Shown here piece by piece: positions 37,991-52,920 of a stretch of DNA of 64,000 bases. The stretch is from Octopus sinensis. Its lineage: Eukaryota. A model generated the notes under the pieces. The model worked only from the letters and a program-made list of their open reading frames with translations, did not search any database and was not told the origin of the DNA. The translations under genes were made by a program, and so were the position numbers. The DNA is taken from contig NW_021832258.1 of NCBI RefSeq assembly GCF_006345805.1, positions 340 through 64,339 on the forward strand. Reading direction: 5' to 3'. The stretch's first letter is position 1. Each line of letters opens with the position of its first letter.

Positions 37991-39654
37991 CGTAAATTAT
38001 CAAGATAAAGGGATGTAGCTCAACAACACTATCCTCTTCGACGTGAGTTAAAACCCTTGTCGATTCCACTTTTGATGTAAATTTAGCAGATGTTTCATCG
38101 TTTATTTGTTTAAGTGATTGGACTACGGCCCTGCCGGAGCACAGCTTTAGCGGGTTTAGTCAAACAAACTGACTCCGGCATTTATGTTTTATAAGTGTGG
38201 TACTAAGTTATCGGTTTTGGTTTCTTACGCTGAACTGTTAATCATGAGGACATATAGAAACTTACACCGGTTGTAAAGCGGGGTTGTGGGATAAACATAA
38301 AGACACCTCCACCCCTACACACATGTAACGGCTTGCATCGACCAAATTTATTCCCAAGGCATTAATCGGAGTCCTGTGGCTAGAGGAAACATTTGCGAGC
38401 ATACACATCGAATGTAGGGTTTAAATTTTATTTTGTGTCTCTAGACTTGAAGTATATGCCAAAAAGGGGAGATAATCATGTCCTGTAACTGCTGGGCAAG
38501 GGCTAGCACTTTCTTGTTTTATTATGTAGATAGAGTCTTTAATATATTTATACTCTGAGTAACTTCATATTAGCAGCTCAATTTACTGGACAGTTGCGAA
38601 GCCGCCATTTTGGCTATAGAAACATCATAACCCCGCTCACATTCTTTTAAACCATTCATTTCTTATCAAGTGTTCACATAACTTCTTCACTTCAACCTCA
38701 TGTTATCTTTTCTTATGAATCTAGAATAATATTTAAATATTTTAAATTGCTTTCATCCAGGGACAGTTATTAGAGAAAATTGATAATAGATTATTATTTT
38801 TTCACACCTCCCGTCCATGAATAAATAATTAGATTTTATCAGATCATGATGCTTCTTATTTATTTCTTTGTCATTCTTTCCAGATAAATAAGTCTATCAA
38901 TAAAACTGACAGCCAGTCGTTTCAGGAAGACAAACATCTACGCAGCTACAAAAATGAAAGTTTGCATAATATACATTTACATACATACATACACACGCAT
39001 GCGAACATACACATACACGTATGGGTTTGTGTGTGAAAGAGAGAGTGTGTTTGACTGTGTACGTATACCTTTCCGTATATAAACATATGTATACATAGAT
39101 ATAAACATACATCCATATAGTGTGTGTGTGCGTGTGTGTGTGTGCGTGTGTGTGTGTGCGTGGGGTTATGTTAGTGTTAGGAGTGTGCCTGTAGGTATGT
39201 GTGTATAAAATAATAACGGAAATATATATCTTGTAAATATAGTACTCGTTTCCCATAAAACATCTTAACAGAGTTCAGTAGACGTGAAATAAATTCATAT
39301 TTAAAGCAATAATATAATGAAATATAATGATTACTAAAGTCTATGCACACAAAGAAATGTAATCATTTCTTAATATTAATGTAAATATATAAATATGTAT
39401 ATTAAGTATATCTTCTTAAACAATCTCGTGTTTCTGACTCACGTAGCAGAAAAAAAAACGGGTACAGTATCTTCATCCGCAGATACCGAAAATGGAACTC
39501 TAACCAAATATCACTGCTTATATATAAACTCAGTGAAATATGGTGATTAATAACGGAAAGTAATAGAAGGATCCCAAAAGAATTCTCTCATGGTTTGTTT
39601 ATGTATAAAACCCGTTGTTCATTGGATGGCTGTAAATATTACGTAAGCAAATCG

Positions 39655-39860
39655 GTGGGCTGGCAGAATCGTTAGCAAACCGGACAAAATGCTCTGCTGC
39701 ATTTCGTCCGTGTTTACGTTCAGAGTTCAAATTCGACTTAGGTGGTCTTTAACCTTTCGTCCTTTCGAGTTTCAATAGAGTAAGTACCAGTTGAGTCCTG
39801 AGGTCGATGTCATTGACAAGCCCCCACCCCATAGAATTGTTGGCCTTGTGTCAAAATTTG
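39655..39860 (+). mobile_element. degraded SINE (GGCGGCGAGCTGGC family)
   Basis: GGGCTGGCAGAATCGTTAGC...GAGTTCAAATTC...TAAGTACCAGTTG. Further degraded copies at ~45360-45570 (+), ~50640-50830 (-), ~61170-61360 (-). Confidence 0.7.
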
Positions 39861-40288
39861 AGAGTAATATTATCTCCGTAAGTAGTGTATTTGTGAAAAC
39901 TTTCGTGCTGTCACTTTTAATTGGCCATCTCATCGATTGTTTTTTGCATTAATCGACTTTGTTATTATATCCAATTTCGATGGATTATTAAATTTGCTGT
40001 TACTTGACTAAACATTGATTGTGTCTCACGTCACAACATTTTCGCACCTTCTTTGAATATTTTACCCAATGTCTCAAAATTGTGATCCATCCATTTCTTT
40101 GATAATTTCATTAGTCGCATTCTATTTTCTGGTCGATCTAAATTTTAGCTCACTCTGCTGTGAGTTATTGTTGCTATACGTCAACGGATATTTACACTGT
40201 TTCTTTTTCCGACTAGGTTTTTAAAATAGATTTATTTTGTTCTCTGCATTTTATGCCAGACCAATTTTTATCCGTTAAGCAAGCGACA

Positions 40289-40323
<35 letters not shown>

Positions 40324-41030
40324 GAACAACATGCTCATCTTCAAGAGATTCAAAAACATAAGTTGTATACACCCTCGCAATTCGACATTAGTTTTCTGTT
40401 CAGAAATGCTAAAACTCCTTCCAATAAAAATGTTGAGTCTTTTAAAAATATTTACCCCCATTAACAACCGTTTAGAAAACTCCTTGTATTATACGTTGAT
40501 TCGTTTTGAACAAACAAAGTGGAAAGGTTTCGAGTTTAGCATGCAATGCAATAATAATGTGAAGGCACGAAAATAAATGAGATTATACATACATACACAC
40601 ATACGCACAGATACACATGCGCACACACACATGTACACACATACATAAATACACACACACACATACGCACACTCACATACATACATACACACATACATAT
40701 ATACATACAAGCATGCATACATGTATACATATATACATACAAGCATGCATACATGTATACATATATACATACATACACACACATGCACATCCATCAATCC
40801 ATCCATACAACCATACATACATACGTACACACATACATACATACATACATACATACATACACGCAGTACATATGATCACAATATCTTGGACAATGAAAAT
40901 CTGCAAGACATTCTTAGCATTTAAAGGATAATAAGAATGCTTTCCTTCACAATTTTTCTAACAAGCAGATGATCAGCCAAAATTATTCTGAATTAATAGA
41001 GAAAGCGGAAACACACACACACACACACAC

Positions 41031-41083
<53 letters not shown>

Positions 41084-41089
41084 CTTGGA

Positions 41090-42000
41090 AAAACCGAACA
41101 ACATAGCTGACCACTTCAAAAGAGAAAACTATGGCGATGACGGCCTAGTAATATCCCAAAACACACCTGAAACAAAGAAGTAATAAATATTTTGAAGGAA
41201 TCCGAGCGCAAAACAACTCTCTAAAGTACAGAGCCTAAAACAATACACCTATCTAATTAACAGGTGATAATAGTAAACGTAAGTACAAAAAAATAAACTA
41301 TTCTAATAAAATAACAAAGTGTCACTCTGTATCAAAGAACATCCTATCCTCTCACTTTTAATTATAGAGAACTTAGTCAGGAATATATGCCGAGTAAAGT
41401 TTACAATATTCACCCAAGCAACGGCGTTAAGGTTTAAAATGGGGTGTTTTCCAAAATGTTGAAATTCGTATAAAAATTACAAAATTAAACCAATAATACA
41501 AAACAGAACCAGAAAAAGAAGCATCGCTGTTTTCGCTTTGTTCTTCATCCTAAATGTAGGGATAAATGTAGCGAAACTTTCTGAAAACTCTTTACCAAAC
41601 ATGTCTTGACCAATACAAATGAGATTGAAGGTAGCTACACCTGTACAAGAAAGCAAAGAATATGACAACAATAAAGAAACAAATGTTGAGAAAGCTACAA
41701 CCTCCAGCAAATAATATTTTCAAGCTTTGCAAAACATTTCTTTCGTGTATTGTAAGAAATACAAAGTAATTGCGTTAGACTTAATATTTCTTCTCACTTT
41801 AGACCACCACTTGTTCTATGGTTGCCTTAGGTGAATTTTTCTCTGTCGCCAGCATTCAGCATAACTTCTCCCATATATGTCTCGGAGACCCTGTAAAAAT
41901 GAAATATTTTCTCTAACTAAAATATTTTCTCTGCCAAAATATGCAACAAAGATAAATAAACTGGCTGAGTTAAATAAATAAGGAGATATAACGTTAATAA
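41090..42000 (+). mobile_element. heavily degraded Penelope-like element
   Basis: Plus-strand motifs in PLE order: ENYGDDGLVI (YRDDG-like), NRTRKRSI..F..LNV.INVAK/TFLK, KVSY.C-like GGTAGCTACACCTGT, and a downstream LSH.W-like region. Confidence 0.6.
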
Positions 42001-43743
42001 CAAAAGAATGGAATATAGTAGATAGAAACGGGCTCAATTACTAACTGGGTAATTGCAATATTAGGGAGATGATAATGAAGTTCTGCAAACGCCGACTCTA
42101 ACAGAACAATTTATATCGACCAGGAATCGATCTGGAAAAAATTCAAAGCTTAATGACAATTTACAGATAAGAGACACAATAACCAAAGCAGCGAAAAAAT
42201 AACAATATATGTGCCCCCAGACAGAGTCTGCCACACAGTCAATAGACACAGCAGCATAATTGAAAAAAGAATAACAATTTAGTGAAACCGGATAAGATAG
42301 CGAAAGTGATCAAGTTGAAATTTTCAATCAAAATAACAATTTAGTGAAACCGGATATAATAACGAAATCAATCAAAACTGGTAAAGAAAATGAATTGGGC
42401 AATATGAAAAGACAACACAACAATGACAAAATTGCTGGATTTCTAAAATATTTTCACAACGATTTTTGTATTTTGCAACAATGCGAACGCATACATATAC
42501 ATACATATATATATATACTTGCATGAATATACAGGTCGAGTTTCTTTACAGTTTCCATATATTACGTTTCACTTATGAAACATTGGTCAACTTGGGGTCT
42601 TCAGCATGGTTGAAAACATTAAAACTTGTTGTTACACTGTGAGATCTAACAGAGATATACGTCGTTGTGAAGCGAATATTTTTACCACACTTGTATTATA
42701 TATTTGCGCATCACGTAACGAGTTCGTCGTCGTACAATATAACTTGGTAAATCAACTTGCAGTCGTCATTTAACACGCGTTAGCTTTGGTCATATAAGAA
42801 CTCTGATGAAAAGCATTCAAAACATCGCCATTTAGTCTGATTTTAAGAATGCAGTGCATCAGATTGCATCGGCTTTCAGGTTATAGGACGTTATATGAAG
42901 AAAATTTGGCTGCACGTGACGTGACATCAGGTGTACAATAACGTAGAAATTACATTAACAGAATGTATTTTATGAAATCATCTTAGTGTTGCTCACTCGT
43001 CTTGTAATTTACTTATGAGGAAGAGGGATTTGGGAACAACGCTGCAATTTGCCAAAATAGTCGTTAATTTCCAGACCTGCTCCTACTCATTACTGTGATC
43101 GAGGTAGGAGAAACTGAAGTAAAGTGTTTAGAACTAATGGCAAACGGATAACTCTAAGGAAAATGAAAAGAGAAGAGGTGAATGTCTTTGTAGTCGAGAG
43201 GCACAGAAAGCGTTGGAGAGTGGCAGTGGAAGACATAAAATGAGAAAACAGCACATAGCAAGATTAATGGCTGCATTGTGTTGGAAAAACGAAAGTTTAC
43301 TTCGTCTTATAAACAACTTTTAATGGCAGTTGCAAAGATTTCTGTTTACAAGGCTATGTATAGACGTTCCTAAATATCACGTGTATGATATCAGTGAAGC
43401 TTCTTAAAATATATCGGAGAAATGTATGAACGTCACAGTTTCTCTCTTGTTTTATCCGTGTATAAATCTGGTCTTCTTTCTAAGCTACAAATCAATAAGT
43501 TAACCATATTTATGAAATGCACAGCTGCTTGCAGTGCTGTGTAAAAATGGCTGCTACACAATTATTCTACTTATAAATCTTGTTGTCAAATAATATGTTC
43601 ACAGTTTTACAGTCAATAGCAGCTGATAACGCTATGAACGGCTCTGCAATGTATGTACGTGTGTGTGTGTGTATGCATATACATAATATACATATATGTA
43701 TGTATATACATATAAATATATATATATACATAGTTATTTATAT

Positions 43744-43789
<46 letters not shown>

Positions 43790-43796
43790 GATATAC

Positions 43797-43827
<31 letters not shown>

Positions 43828-44307
43828 CATATATATATATGAATACATACAGATATAAATATATATATGTATATATACATGCATATATATATATATATAT
43901 ATATAATATATAATATATATATATATAATATATATATATATGTATATATATATATATCTATATATATATATATATAAATATATGTATGTATGTATCTATT
44001 TATATATACAGATATACATACATATGTATACTCGCTACACACATAGACATATATATGTCTGTCTGTATGTATATATATATATATATATGTATATATATCT
44101 ATATATATGCATTAGTATATATATATATACGTATGTCTGTCTGTCTGTCTGTCTGTCTGTATATATATACATATATGCATGTTTATGTATACATGCATGT
44201 ATATATGTATATGCATATATATATATATATGTATTTATGTACATATAACTTATACATATGTACATATAAAGATACATGTAGATATAGTTGTATACATTTA
44301 TATACTG

Positions 44308-44370
<63 letters not shown>

Positions 44371-46150
44371 GTATGTATGTATACATAATTCGCACACCGA
44401 TACGTACATATGATGTGTACATACTAAAAAATGCTCATATAAATACTATTCACAACCACACCCACGCACATGTACACAAATACACACGTACATATGATAA
44501 TAGCTATTCTATCTACAAATCTAGAAGATTTGTTAAAGTATTCTACCGACCTATATTACTGTCAACATTTTGTCTCTATATAATGGCTACAACATACGAA
44601 GCTGTTTAAACTCGGAAACACCTTCTCTAAAAAATAATGTAGGAAGGAAGCATAAATTGATTCATAGCCAAAAAAAAGGGGACGGGTGGGGAAGATGAAA
44701 AAAAAAAGATTGAAAAGCCAAATCTATAGAAAGAAATGTATTGAAGTTATTTATTTTCAGAACGCAGCTTCATCACACACCAATCTTGACGTATACCAAT
44801 TTCAGCTACCTTGATTCCTACAATTTTCAATTTCTCAATATTGCCAATATCTTCAAGGTGACTTGACTTTCTTGGCTTAAGGCTAATAAATATATCAGTA
44901 CTTAGGTGGCGATCTAGATCATCGTCTAAATTAAAACTTAAAGTCAAATCGCTTGATCGATAAACTATACTATTGGCGACACCTTATCGGCTTGCATTCC
45001 GTAAGTTCACTTTCACTGTAGGCAATTCCTTCTGCCTCATTGCCCTGTATTTTGCACGATCAAATATTTCAGTATGTCAAATCATAAAATGTCTATAACA
45101 TTTATATGATAACGTGGAATAGAGAAATGGGTATTGGAAACATATGAAGGGAGCGACTGCTTCATAAACTGCCGTCGGCATTGCTTTCTGACCAGAACGC
45201 TAACTGAAAATTTTTTTAGAAACTTCGAGAGATAAAAAATAAATCATTTTAGTGGTGGAACATGAAACAGATAAAGCTATAGAAATAACGTGTAGAATAG
45301 CTTATTCCTATTGAAGGAATTTCGAAACCTAATAATCTAATAGTAACTACGGTATTTTCAAAGCGGCAAGCTGGCAGAAATGATAGACTGGAATTTGAAG
45401 CCATAACATAAATAACCGGACAAAATGCTTGGTGGCATCTCTTCCGGCTCTTTGCGTTATGAGTTCAAATTTCGCCGAGGTTGATGTAGCCGATCAGAGT
45501 CTAAATAAGTTCATAAAATAAGTACCAATTGAATACTAGAGTCGACATTGCTGGCCTCGTGCCAAAATTAGAAAGAATTGTTTATATTTTGGTCTACTTT
45601 CAGTTAAACTATCAAAACGATATACCACTAAACTTTGAAATAATTCAGTCGAACTTGTAACGAGGCGGAGCAGGCTTGGAATATCTAAAAGCTGGACATA
45701 CAGTCAGCGATGCAAAATTAATCGGTGGTTCGTTGGCTCGCTTTCCATCGATACCTTTTATTAAACTGCTAGGTTACGGAGACATATATAAACAAGAATC
45801 AATTGTTAAATGGTGGGAGAAAAACAGCAACACCAATGCAAAACGGGAAGCTACCGGGAGCTTGCGTGCCGCTAGCATAGCTCTCAGAGCCAATGAGGAA
45901 CACACCACAAAATCATTACAAGGAATGGGACGTGTCGTGGTCTTACCACTAAGCCAGAAATTAAAGACGTCATAACGAAAACTTAGAACGAAAAAAAAAA
46001 GGAAAATACAAAATCAAACATAAGTACAATCATTTACTCAGCTATTTGATTTAACAGGACAGACATATGCTAAATAAATTCATATTCCATCACAACTGCT
46101 TAATACCATTCTTTTCCTTAACTCAGTGCACTCTTCCTTTCTTCTTGTCA

Positions 46151-46195
<45 letters not shown>

Positions 46196-46271
46196 GTCTG
46201 TCTGTCTGTCTGTCTGTATGTCTGTCTGCCTGTCTGTCTGTCCGTCCGTCCGTCCTTCCGTCCGTCCGTTC

Positions 46272-46382
<111 letters not shown>

Positions 46383-46390
46383 CATCAATC

Positions 46391-47416
46391 AAGGTACGAC
46401 GACGAGCTCGGGGCGAACCTGGACGTCGACGAGGAATACCTGACCCGCCTGTTCAGGACGACTTTCGGGCCAGGGCCCATGGACAAATTCCAGAGATCCC
46501 TGGCCTGGCAGTGCTACCGAGAAGCGCTACCCATTCGGGATAAGCTCTACAGACACGGCTCGAGAAACACGGGGCCGACCTGCCCGAGATGCGGTCAGAG
46601 CGACGAAACCGTTCTGCACGCACTCGTGCAGTGTCCAACAATTTCCGACCTGTGGGCTTATGTCGAACAACTGCTGTCACGTGTGGGACGAGTCGGTTTA
46701 TCAGCTGAGTCTATCGTCAATATTGTCACGCCTCCTTCCTTCAAACGGGAAGGAAGAGCTATTTTCATCATCCTTGTGGCTATGGCGAAATAATGTATCT
46801 GGTGGACGCGTCTGAAAGGATTGGAGACAAACACTTTCCTCTCTGGTCAACCTCTCAGTAATTTCTTCAAGTACCACTTGAAAAGGAAAGTGAGAGTAGA
46901 GAGGTAAGTTTTGTCTAGCGAACGTTTTAAAAAAAGATGGGTGAATGTAGCAAGGATGGCACGTATGAATGACGAAGCCACCTTGAGCATAATCCTATGA
47001 ACTCAGAAATTGAAAACAGAGGGTTACCCACTTGCAAACAAATGTGGTAACATATAACAATATTGACCAAGTTTACCGTGGTCTTTTTCGTAGGCTTTTC
47101 TTCCCACAGATAAACCTTACTTGCTTTCCCCTTTACACCATACATCATGACACTGTGATACACGATCCCTATTGATCGATTTTGTTTTCCTCTTCCCCTT
47201 TTTTTCTCTTTTTTCTTCTTTTTTCATTTTTCTTTTCTTTTGTTCCTTTTCCCTTTTTTCTTTTTTTCTCTTCCCTTTTCCTTTTTTTCCCCTTTTACGA
47301 TCCCTTTTGATCGAAAACCTACGCCACCATTTTTTTTCTTTCATCCCCCAAAAGAAAAGCTCTACCTTGTAACTTGTCCCATCTGTGTGCAGCCCTGTGT
47401 GGCCAATACAGAAACT
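46391..47416 (+). mobile_element. 5'-truncated L1/Tx1-clade LINE 3' end embedded in (TATC)n
   Basis: AWQCYREALPIRDKLYRHG...TCPRCGQSDETVLHALVQCP..DLWAYVE (CCHC zf-RVT-like knuckle). The frame continues past TAA at 46793 (CIWWTRLKG..KYHLKRKVRVER). A 3' UTR follows and ends in (TATC)n. Confidence 0.88.
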
Positions 47417-47482
47417 TATCTATCAATCAATCTATCTGCCTGTCTATCTGCCTGTCTATCTGCCTGTCTGCCTATCTGCCTG

Positions 47483-47561
<79 letters not shown>

Positions 47562-48089
47562 CTATGTCTGTCTGTCTGTCTGTCTATTTGTCTGTCTGTC
47601 TGTCTGTCTATTTATCTATCTATCTGTCTATCTCTTTTGCATCTTTGTTTCACCTTTTCAGCATTATTTCCTACCTTTGTCGTTTTAAATATGCAACAGA
47701 AGGCAAATAACACCATATATATAAATAAATATATATACATGTATGTGTGTGTATGAGCGCGCGCGTATATCTATCAATATATCTATTTGTATGTATATAT
47801 ATATATATTATATATATAATATATATATATATAAGAAACACACACACATGTACACACACAAGATGTACAGTGTTATAAATTCAGTTTCCCAGTAAAGCGA
47901 ATATTAGATAAAAGCACGGTTACGAATAATATGTGTTAGAAAAATATGGCGCCTGCAGTGAAAAACTCTGACCGATTTCTGGGTTCATTGTAAAAAGACG
48001 AAAGGAATTGAACAAGGGATCCATCAAGAGTTCCGTCCCTTGTCTCCAAAGTTCTGTGAGATTATAAAGACGTTTATTTTACATTTTCC

Positions 48090-48279
48090 TTTACTTGTTT
48101 CAGTTATTTGACTGCGGCCATAATGTAGCTCCGCTTTTGTCGAACACATCGACCCAAGGACTTATATTTTGTAAGCCTAGTACTTATTGTATCGGTTTCT
48201 TTTGCCGAACCGCTAAGTGATGCTAACGTATACACACCAGCATCGGTTCTAAAGCGATGGCGGGGTGGGGGCAATCATA

Positions 48280-48347
<68 letters not shown>

Positions 48348-48545
48348 ATATATATTATATATATATATATATATATATGTTTACGACGGGCTTGTTTCAG
48401 TTTCCGTCTACCAAATCCACTCACAAGGCTTTGGTCGGCCCGAGGTTGTAGTAGAAGACACTTGCCCAAGATACTGCGCAGTGGGACTTAACCCGAAACC
48501 ATGTGGTTGGGAAGCAAGCTATTTACCATACAGTCACTCCTGTGT
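48090..48545 (-). mobile_element. full-length tRNA/CORE-like SINE
   Basis: Minus-strand head CAGGAGTGACTGTATGGTAAATAGCTTGCTTCCCAACCACATGGTTTCGGGTTAAGTCCCACTGCGCAGTATCTTGGGCAAGTGTCTTC. CTTGGGCAAGT resembles the CORE motif; assignment to the octopus OR-type CORE-SINEs is an inference. Confidence 0.85.
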
Positions 48546-48639
48546 TCGGGTTCAATTTGATTACTTTTTATGTCGAATTTTTAGACGACCACCCTGATGT
48601 ATTCGTGAACAGACAACGGTGTTGGAGAGCATAATGATT

Positions 48640-49340
48640 AAAGTTTTAGTTGACAAAACGTTATCTGACGCGGAGGACTAGAAGCCATTTCAATATTGGA
48701 AATGAGTTACCTGTATCTTAATGATTTGTGCTGGGTGTCAAAATGCCGACATCATAACTGCTGCTCAATGTTCTCTGACCACTGTAAAGGGTGTAAGACA
48801 TAATATGGACAATTGCAACGAAGCCTGTGGTCATTAGAAAAGGACTTAACAAACGTTTTGACGGCATTCACACGCCAGAATTAATTAACTTATCCTTAAA
48901 CAAAGCCTTAGACTCAGTTTATATTGTTATATGAAGCTGATAGTTGTGGTCAAACCCTGGTTGGAAAGTATTGGTGCTGGGAGGCCTTATTTCGGGAAGT
49001 AGGATTCAGCCTCAGGCCATAGCTCGGGAAACAGACAAAAATGGTTGTCGGCGAATTTCTACAACTTCACCATCCTCAATTTCGGGTCTTACAATTCCCC
49101 CGCATATTGTCCAATGGTTTACTATGTGTGGGGAGTGATTATGAAAGATACAAACCACCACTCTACCTGCAACACAAAGGACAATGTAGTGGCCAAGATC
49201 AAGGCCGGTTCGAATGTATACAGTGAGAAATGCATGCACCAGGTCCCAGGATTGCCTTAGTGGAAGTTTACCGCAGCAACTTTGGGTAAGCTGTTATCTG
49301 GCAGCCATAATCCAGTTGATATGTTTTGATTTGATAAATA
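48640..49340 (+). mobile_element. internally deleted Tc1/mariner (maT/DD37D-like) transposase remnant
   Basis: MICAGCQNADIITAAQCSLTTVKGVRH, then VVKPWLESIGAGRPY...DSA.GH..QKWLSANFYNF...NSP.YCPMVYYVWGVIMKDTN...CNTKDNVVAKIKA. Confidence 0.7.
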
Positions 49341-50148
49341 CTTTAAATTTTGCATGAAATATTGTGATTTCTTTTCATTTTATGATGTTTAGTTCGGACA
49401 ACCGGCAAATCCATAAGTGTGTTCCGAAAATGTGTATACTGGTTAGGGGCGGGTAATGATGCTGGTGTGTAGGAGTATTATATTTGAAGGGCTTTTTTTA
49501 GGGAGATGGGGTGCTTACGTATCTGTTTTTTAGGTAAACTCTTTGCTGGGTAGTCAGGATAAGGTGGGTAAAGAGGCGGAGTTGGGAATGGTGACGCTGT
49601 AAGGGAACGCAAACAAAAGAATAGATTGAACGTTTAAACAGCTTCAGACGTAACATTTCATTTCATCTTTAAATTTCATTGTAGATGTCAAAAAATATTA
49701 CATTTATAAATTATAGGCTGGTAGGAATGAAAATAAAGATGGGGAGAAATATGCGAATGTATGTTAGTCGATGAAGACTTACAGTACTAATGATTAAATA
49801 GGCGAGAGAAGATAGGTTTGTGAGGCAGATGGTTTATATTTTAATCAATGGTGAATAAAAGTGATTTTAAGTTCGGTTCGCGGAAGGAATCATGTTCTTT
49901 TATATATTCACATGGAATGTGTGAACATAACTGTATACGTGTGTATATGCGCTTCACTCTCTCTCTCTCCATTCCGCCGTCTCTCCCCTCCTTCTCTCCT
50001 CTTTTTTCACTTACTCTTTCTCGCTGTATATATATACATACATATATATACGTATGCAGGTAAGTATATATGTGAGAATTTGTGATGGATGCATGGATAC
50101 GTGTGTCTATGTGTATATATATATATATCTGTACACGCACACACACAC

Positions 50149-50196
<48 letters not shown>

Positions 50197-50879
50197 TCAC
50201 ACACAAATTCATTCTGAAATGCGCATAAAATATGTGATAGAAATATATATATATATGTATGTGTGTGTGTATTTATATAAATAGATTTTGTTTCTTTGTA
50301 TTAAACATCTTCCTGATCTTTATCTGGAAACTATTCAACGAAACTGTTGTTACTCTGGAAATTTGCCATTCTTAAAATCTCTGCAAACCATCACAACCAT
50401 ATTCTCACTCTCTCTCTCACTGTCACTCACTCTCTCGATTTCTCTCTCTCTCTCCCTCCCTCTCTCACTCACTCACTCACTCTTGGCTTCATCTCAGCCA
50501 CTTTCGATTTTTCCCGATCTCAGTCACACTTTTGCCATCTTCGTATTTGTATCTTTCAATCTTAAAATACGAAGAGATTTAATAATGATGATGATGATAA
50601 AAATATTAATGTTGAAAATAATAATCGCAATAATAATTTTCGCTCGTTTTGGCACAAGGCTAGCAGTTCTGAGGCGAAGGAGTAAGTTGATTACATAGCC
50701 ACCACCGTTTCACTCTTACTTATTTTATCTACCCCGAAAGGATGAAAGATAAGGCCTTGGCAGAATTTAAACTCTGAACGTAAAGTGCCGGAAGCTATAC
50801 TGCAAAGCATTTTGTTCGACTGGCTAACTAGTTAGACAGCTCGCCACTTTAATAATGATGATGACGATGAAGATGATAA

Positions 50880-51260
50880 TAACCATAATCCTTTCTACAG
50901 GAGGCACAAGGCCTCAAATTTGTTGGGTGGGGACTAATCGATTATATCGACCACAGTGCGAAAGCAAGAAAGGCAAAGTCAACCTCGGCAGAATTTGAAC
51001 TCAGAACATAAAGACAGACGAAATACCTATTTCTTTACTGCCCACAAGAGGCTACACACAAAGGGGACAAATAAGGACAGACAAACGAATTAAGTCGATT
51101 ATATCGACCTCAGTGCGTAATTGGTACTTAATTTATCGACTCCGAAAGGATGAAAGGCAAAGTTGACCTTGGCGGAATTTGAAATCAGAACGTAACGGCA
51201 GACGTAATACCGCTAAGCATCTTGCCCAGCGTGCTAACGTTTCTGCCAGCTCTCCGCCAA
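50880..51260 (-). mobile_element. head-to-tail SINE array (2+ units)
   Basis: Reverse-complement junction GACGAAATACCTATTTCTTTACTGCCCACAAG, identical in design to the junctions at 22015 and 36166. Confidence 0.85.
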
Positions 51261-52089
51261 CAATGATAATAATGATGATGATGATGATGATGATCTTCCT
51301 ATTATTGTTGTGGTTGGAGCTGAACTCACTACTGTACACTGGTGTTGTGTTGTTGGAACTGTGGTGTCAACAGTGGCTGTTATTTTTTTATATCGAAAAC
51401 AGAAAACTTCCGAGTGGCTTTCAGTGACACAGAATTATCATTATGATTTCCTACCCTCGACCGCAACACGCAGTTCCATGCTACTTGGCAGGAGGATACG
51501 TTTTTGTATCATTTCCCCAATTTCTGGTTTAATATCCCCAATGTGGTCGCAAATAAAATCTTCCTTTCTGTAGCTTTTACGTCGGAGAGGGTCTCACTAT
51601 CTTCCAGAACAACACAGACAAGACACACCAGATGTTCAAACTCCATCATAATGCGACAAGCCCTTCTCCTTTAAAATGTTGGTTAGCGGGTGAGTTTGTT
51701 GTCTCGTATGGGATTTATGGAGTGCTTCAGTGCGAAGACTTCCCTCTCAAAGTTCCCGAAATTCCTTGCACTGATCACTTGATATATACCTGTTCATATT
51801 TCCGCCTGGGTGTGTCTTGCCGCCTATAGGCATTGAGTTTTAGTCAACACACACTGGCACATCGTCTTCCGGACACTTTATGCTAAAACTACAGCTGGGA
51901 TGGCAACTTGTGCTCTCTTCCCATTCACAACTTGCTGCATTGTCGTTTAGAGAGAACGCAGCCGTCTTAAAAAAATATTGCTTGTCTTTGGAGTCGTTCC
52001 CACAATTTAATTTGCCATCATTTTTATCGTTGTTGTTGTTGCTGCTGCTGTTGCTGTTGAGCGGTTGCTGTTGCTGTTGAACGAACGGT

Positions 52090-52445
52090 CTTCGTCCCAG
52101 AGCTCGCAAGATAGGAGAAGTCCGAAACGTGGTCCTTTGCTATTCGTAAGACCCGCAGAAGAGAAAGCAAGTAAACCCCCGATACCGAGAGCATCGACTG
52201 ATGGATGAATGCGCATCCAGGCTCAGCGGTTGCGTAGGAAGTCGGGGACAAGAAGCAGAAAGAAAGAGTGGGAGAAAGTTGTGGCGAAAGAGTACAGCAG
52301 GGGTCACCACCACCACCTGCCGGAGCCTCTTGGAGTTTTAGGTGTTTTCGCTCAATAAACACACACAACGCCAGGTCTGGGAATCGAAACCGCGATCCTC
52401 CGACCGCGAGTCCGCTGCCCTAACCACTGGGTCATTGCGCCTCCA
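52090..52445 (-). mobile_element. tRNA-headed SINE (third family)
   Basis: Minus-strand head GTGGAGGCGCAATGACCCAGTGGTTAGGGCAGCGGACTCGCGGTCGGAGGATCGCGGTTTCGATTCCCAGACC. The body shares AGTTGTGG.GAAAG.GTACAGCAGGG with 60014-60070. Confidence 0.8.
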
Positions 52446-52589
52446 CTTGTTGTTGCTGCTGCTACCGTTGCTGTTGATGTTGTTGCTACAGCCGTTGTCG
52501 GCGTTGCTGTTCTTGTTGTTGCAGCTGCTGATGTTGTTGCCGTTTCTGTTGATGTTGTTGCTGCTGCTGTCGCCGCTGCTATTCCACTC

Positions 52590-52778
52590 ATCAGACTGCG
52601 GCCATGCTGGGTCACCGCCTTGAAAGATTTTAGTCTAAGAAATCGACCCCAATAATAATATTTTATTTTAGAGCTTGGTACTTATTCTATCGGTCACTTT
52701 TACAGAACCGCTAAGTTACAAGGACATAACCACACCAATACCGGCTGTTAAGCGGTGGTGAGGGATGAACACACACAT

Positions 52779-52831
<53 letters not shown>

Positions 52832-52920
52832 AGGCCAGCCTTTCAGGTTCCGTCACAAGGCATTGGTCGACCCGAGACTATAGCGGAAGTTGACACGCAG
52901 AGGGACTGAACACGGAATTA
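52590..52920 (-). mobile_element. tRNA/CORE-like SINE (degraded)
   Basis: GACTGCGGCCATGCTGGG...CTTATTCTATCGGTC...GAACCGCTAAGTTAC tail. Confidence 0.7.

Noticed and set aside
41477-42249. Hydrophobic minus-strand ORFs resembling an MFS transporter pseudogene or a NUMT
   Set aside because: The plus strand carries ordered Penelope motifs. The hydrophobicity is the antisense read of an A-rich coding strand, and the mitochondrial code gave no recognisable gene.
51570-52020. Possible coding remnant in a GC-richer unique stretch
   Set aside because: All frames are interrupted and I could not recognise a convincing motif.
52370-52445. tRNA genes (also 3853-3925, 25525, 63935)
   Set aside because: A and B boxes are present, but there is no complete cloverleaf or T-run terminator and each continues into a repeat body; these are SINE heads.
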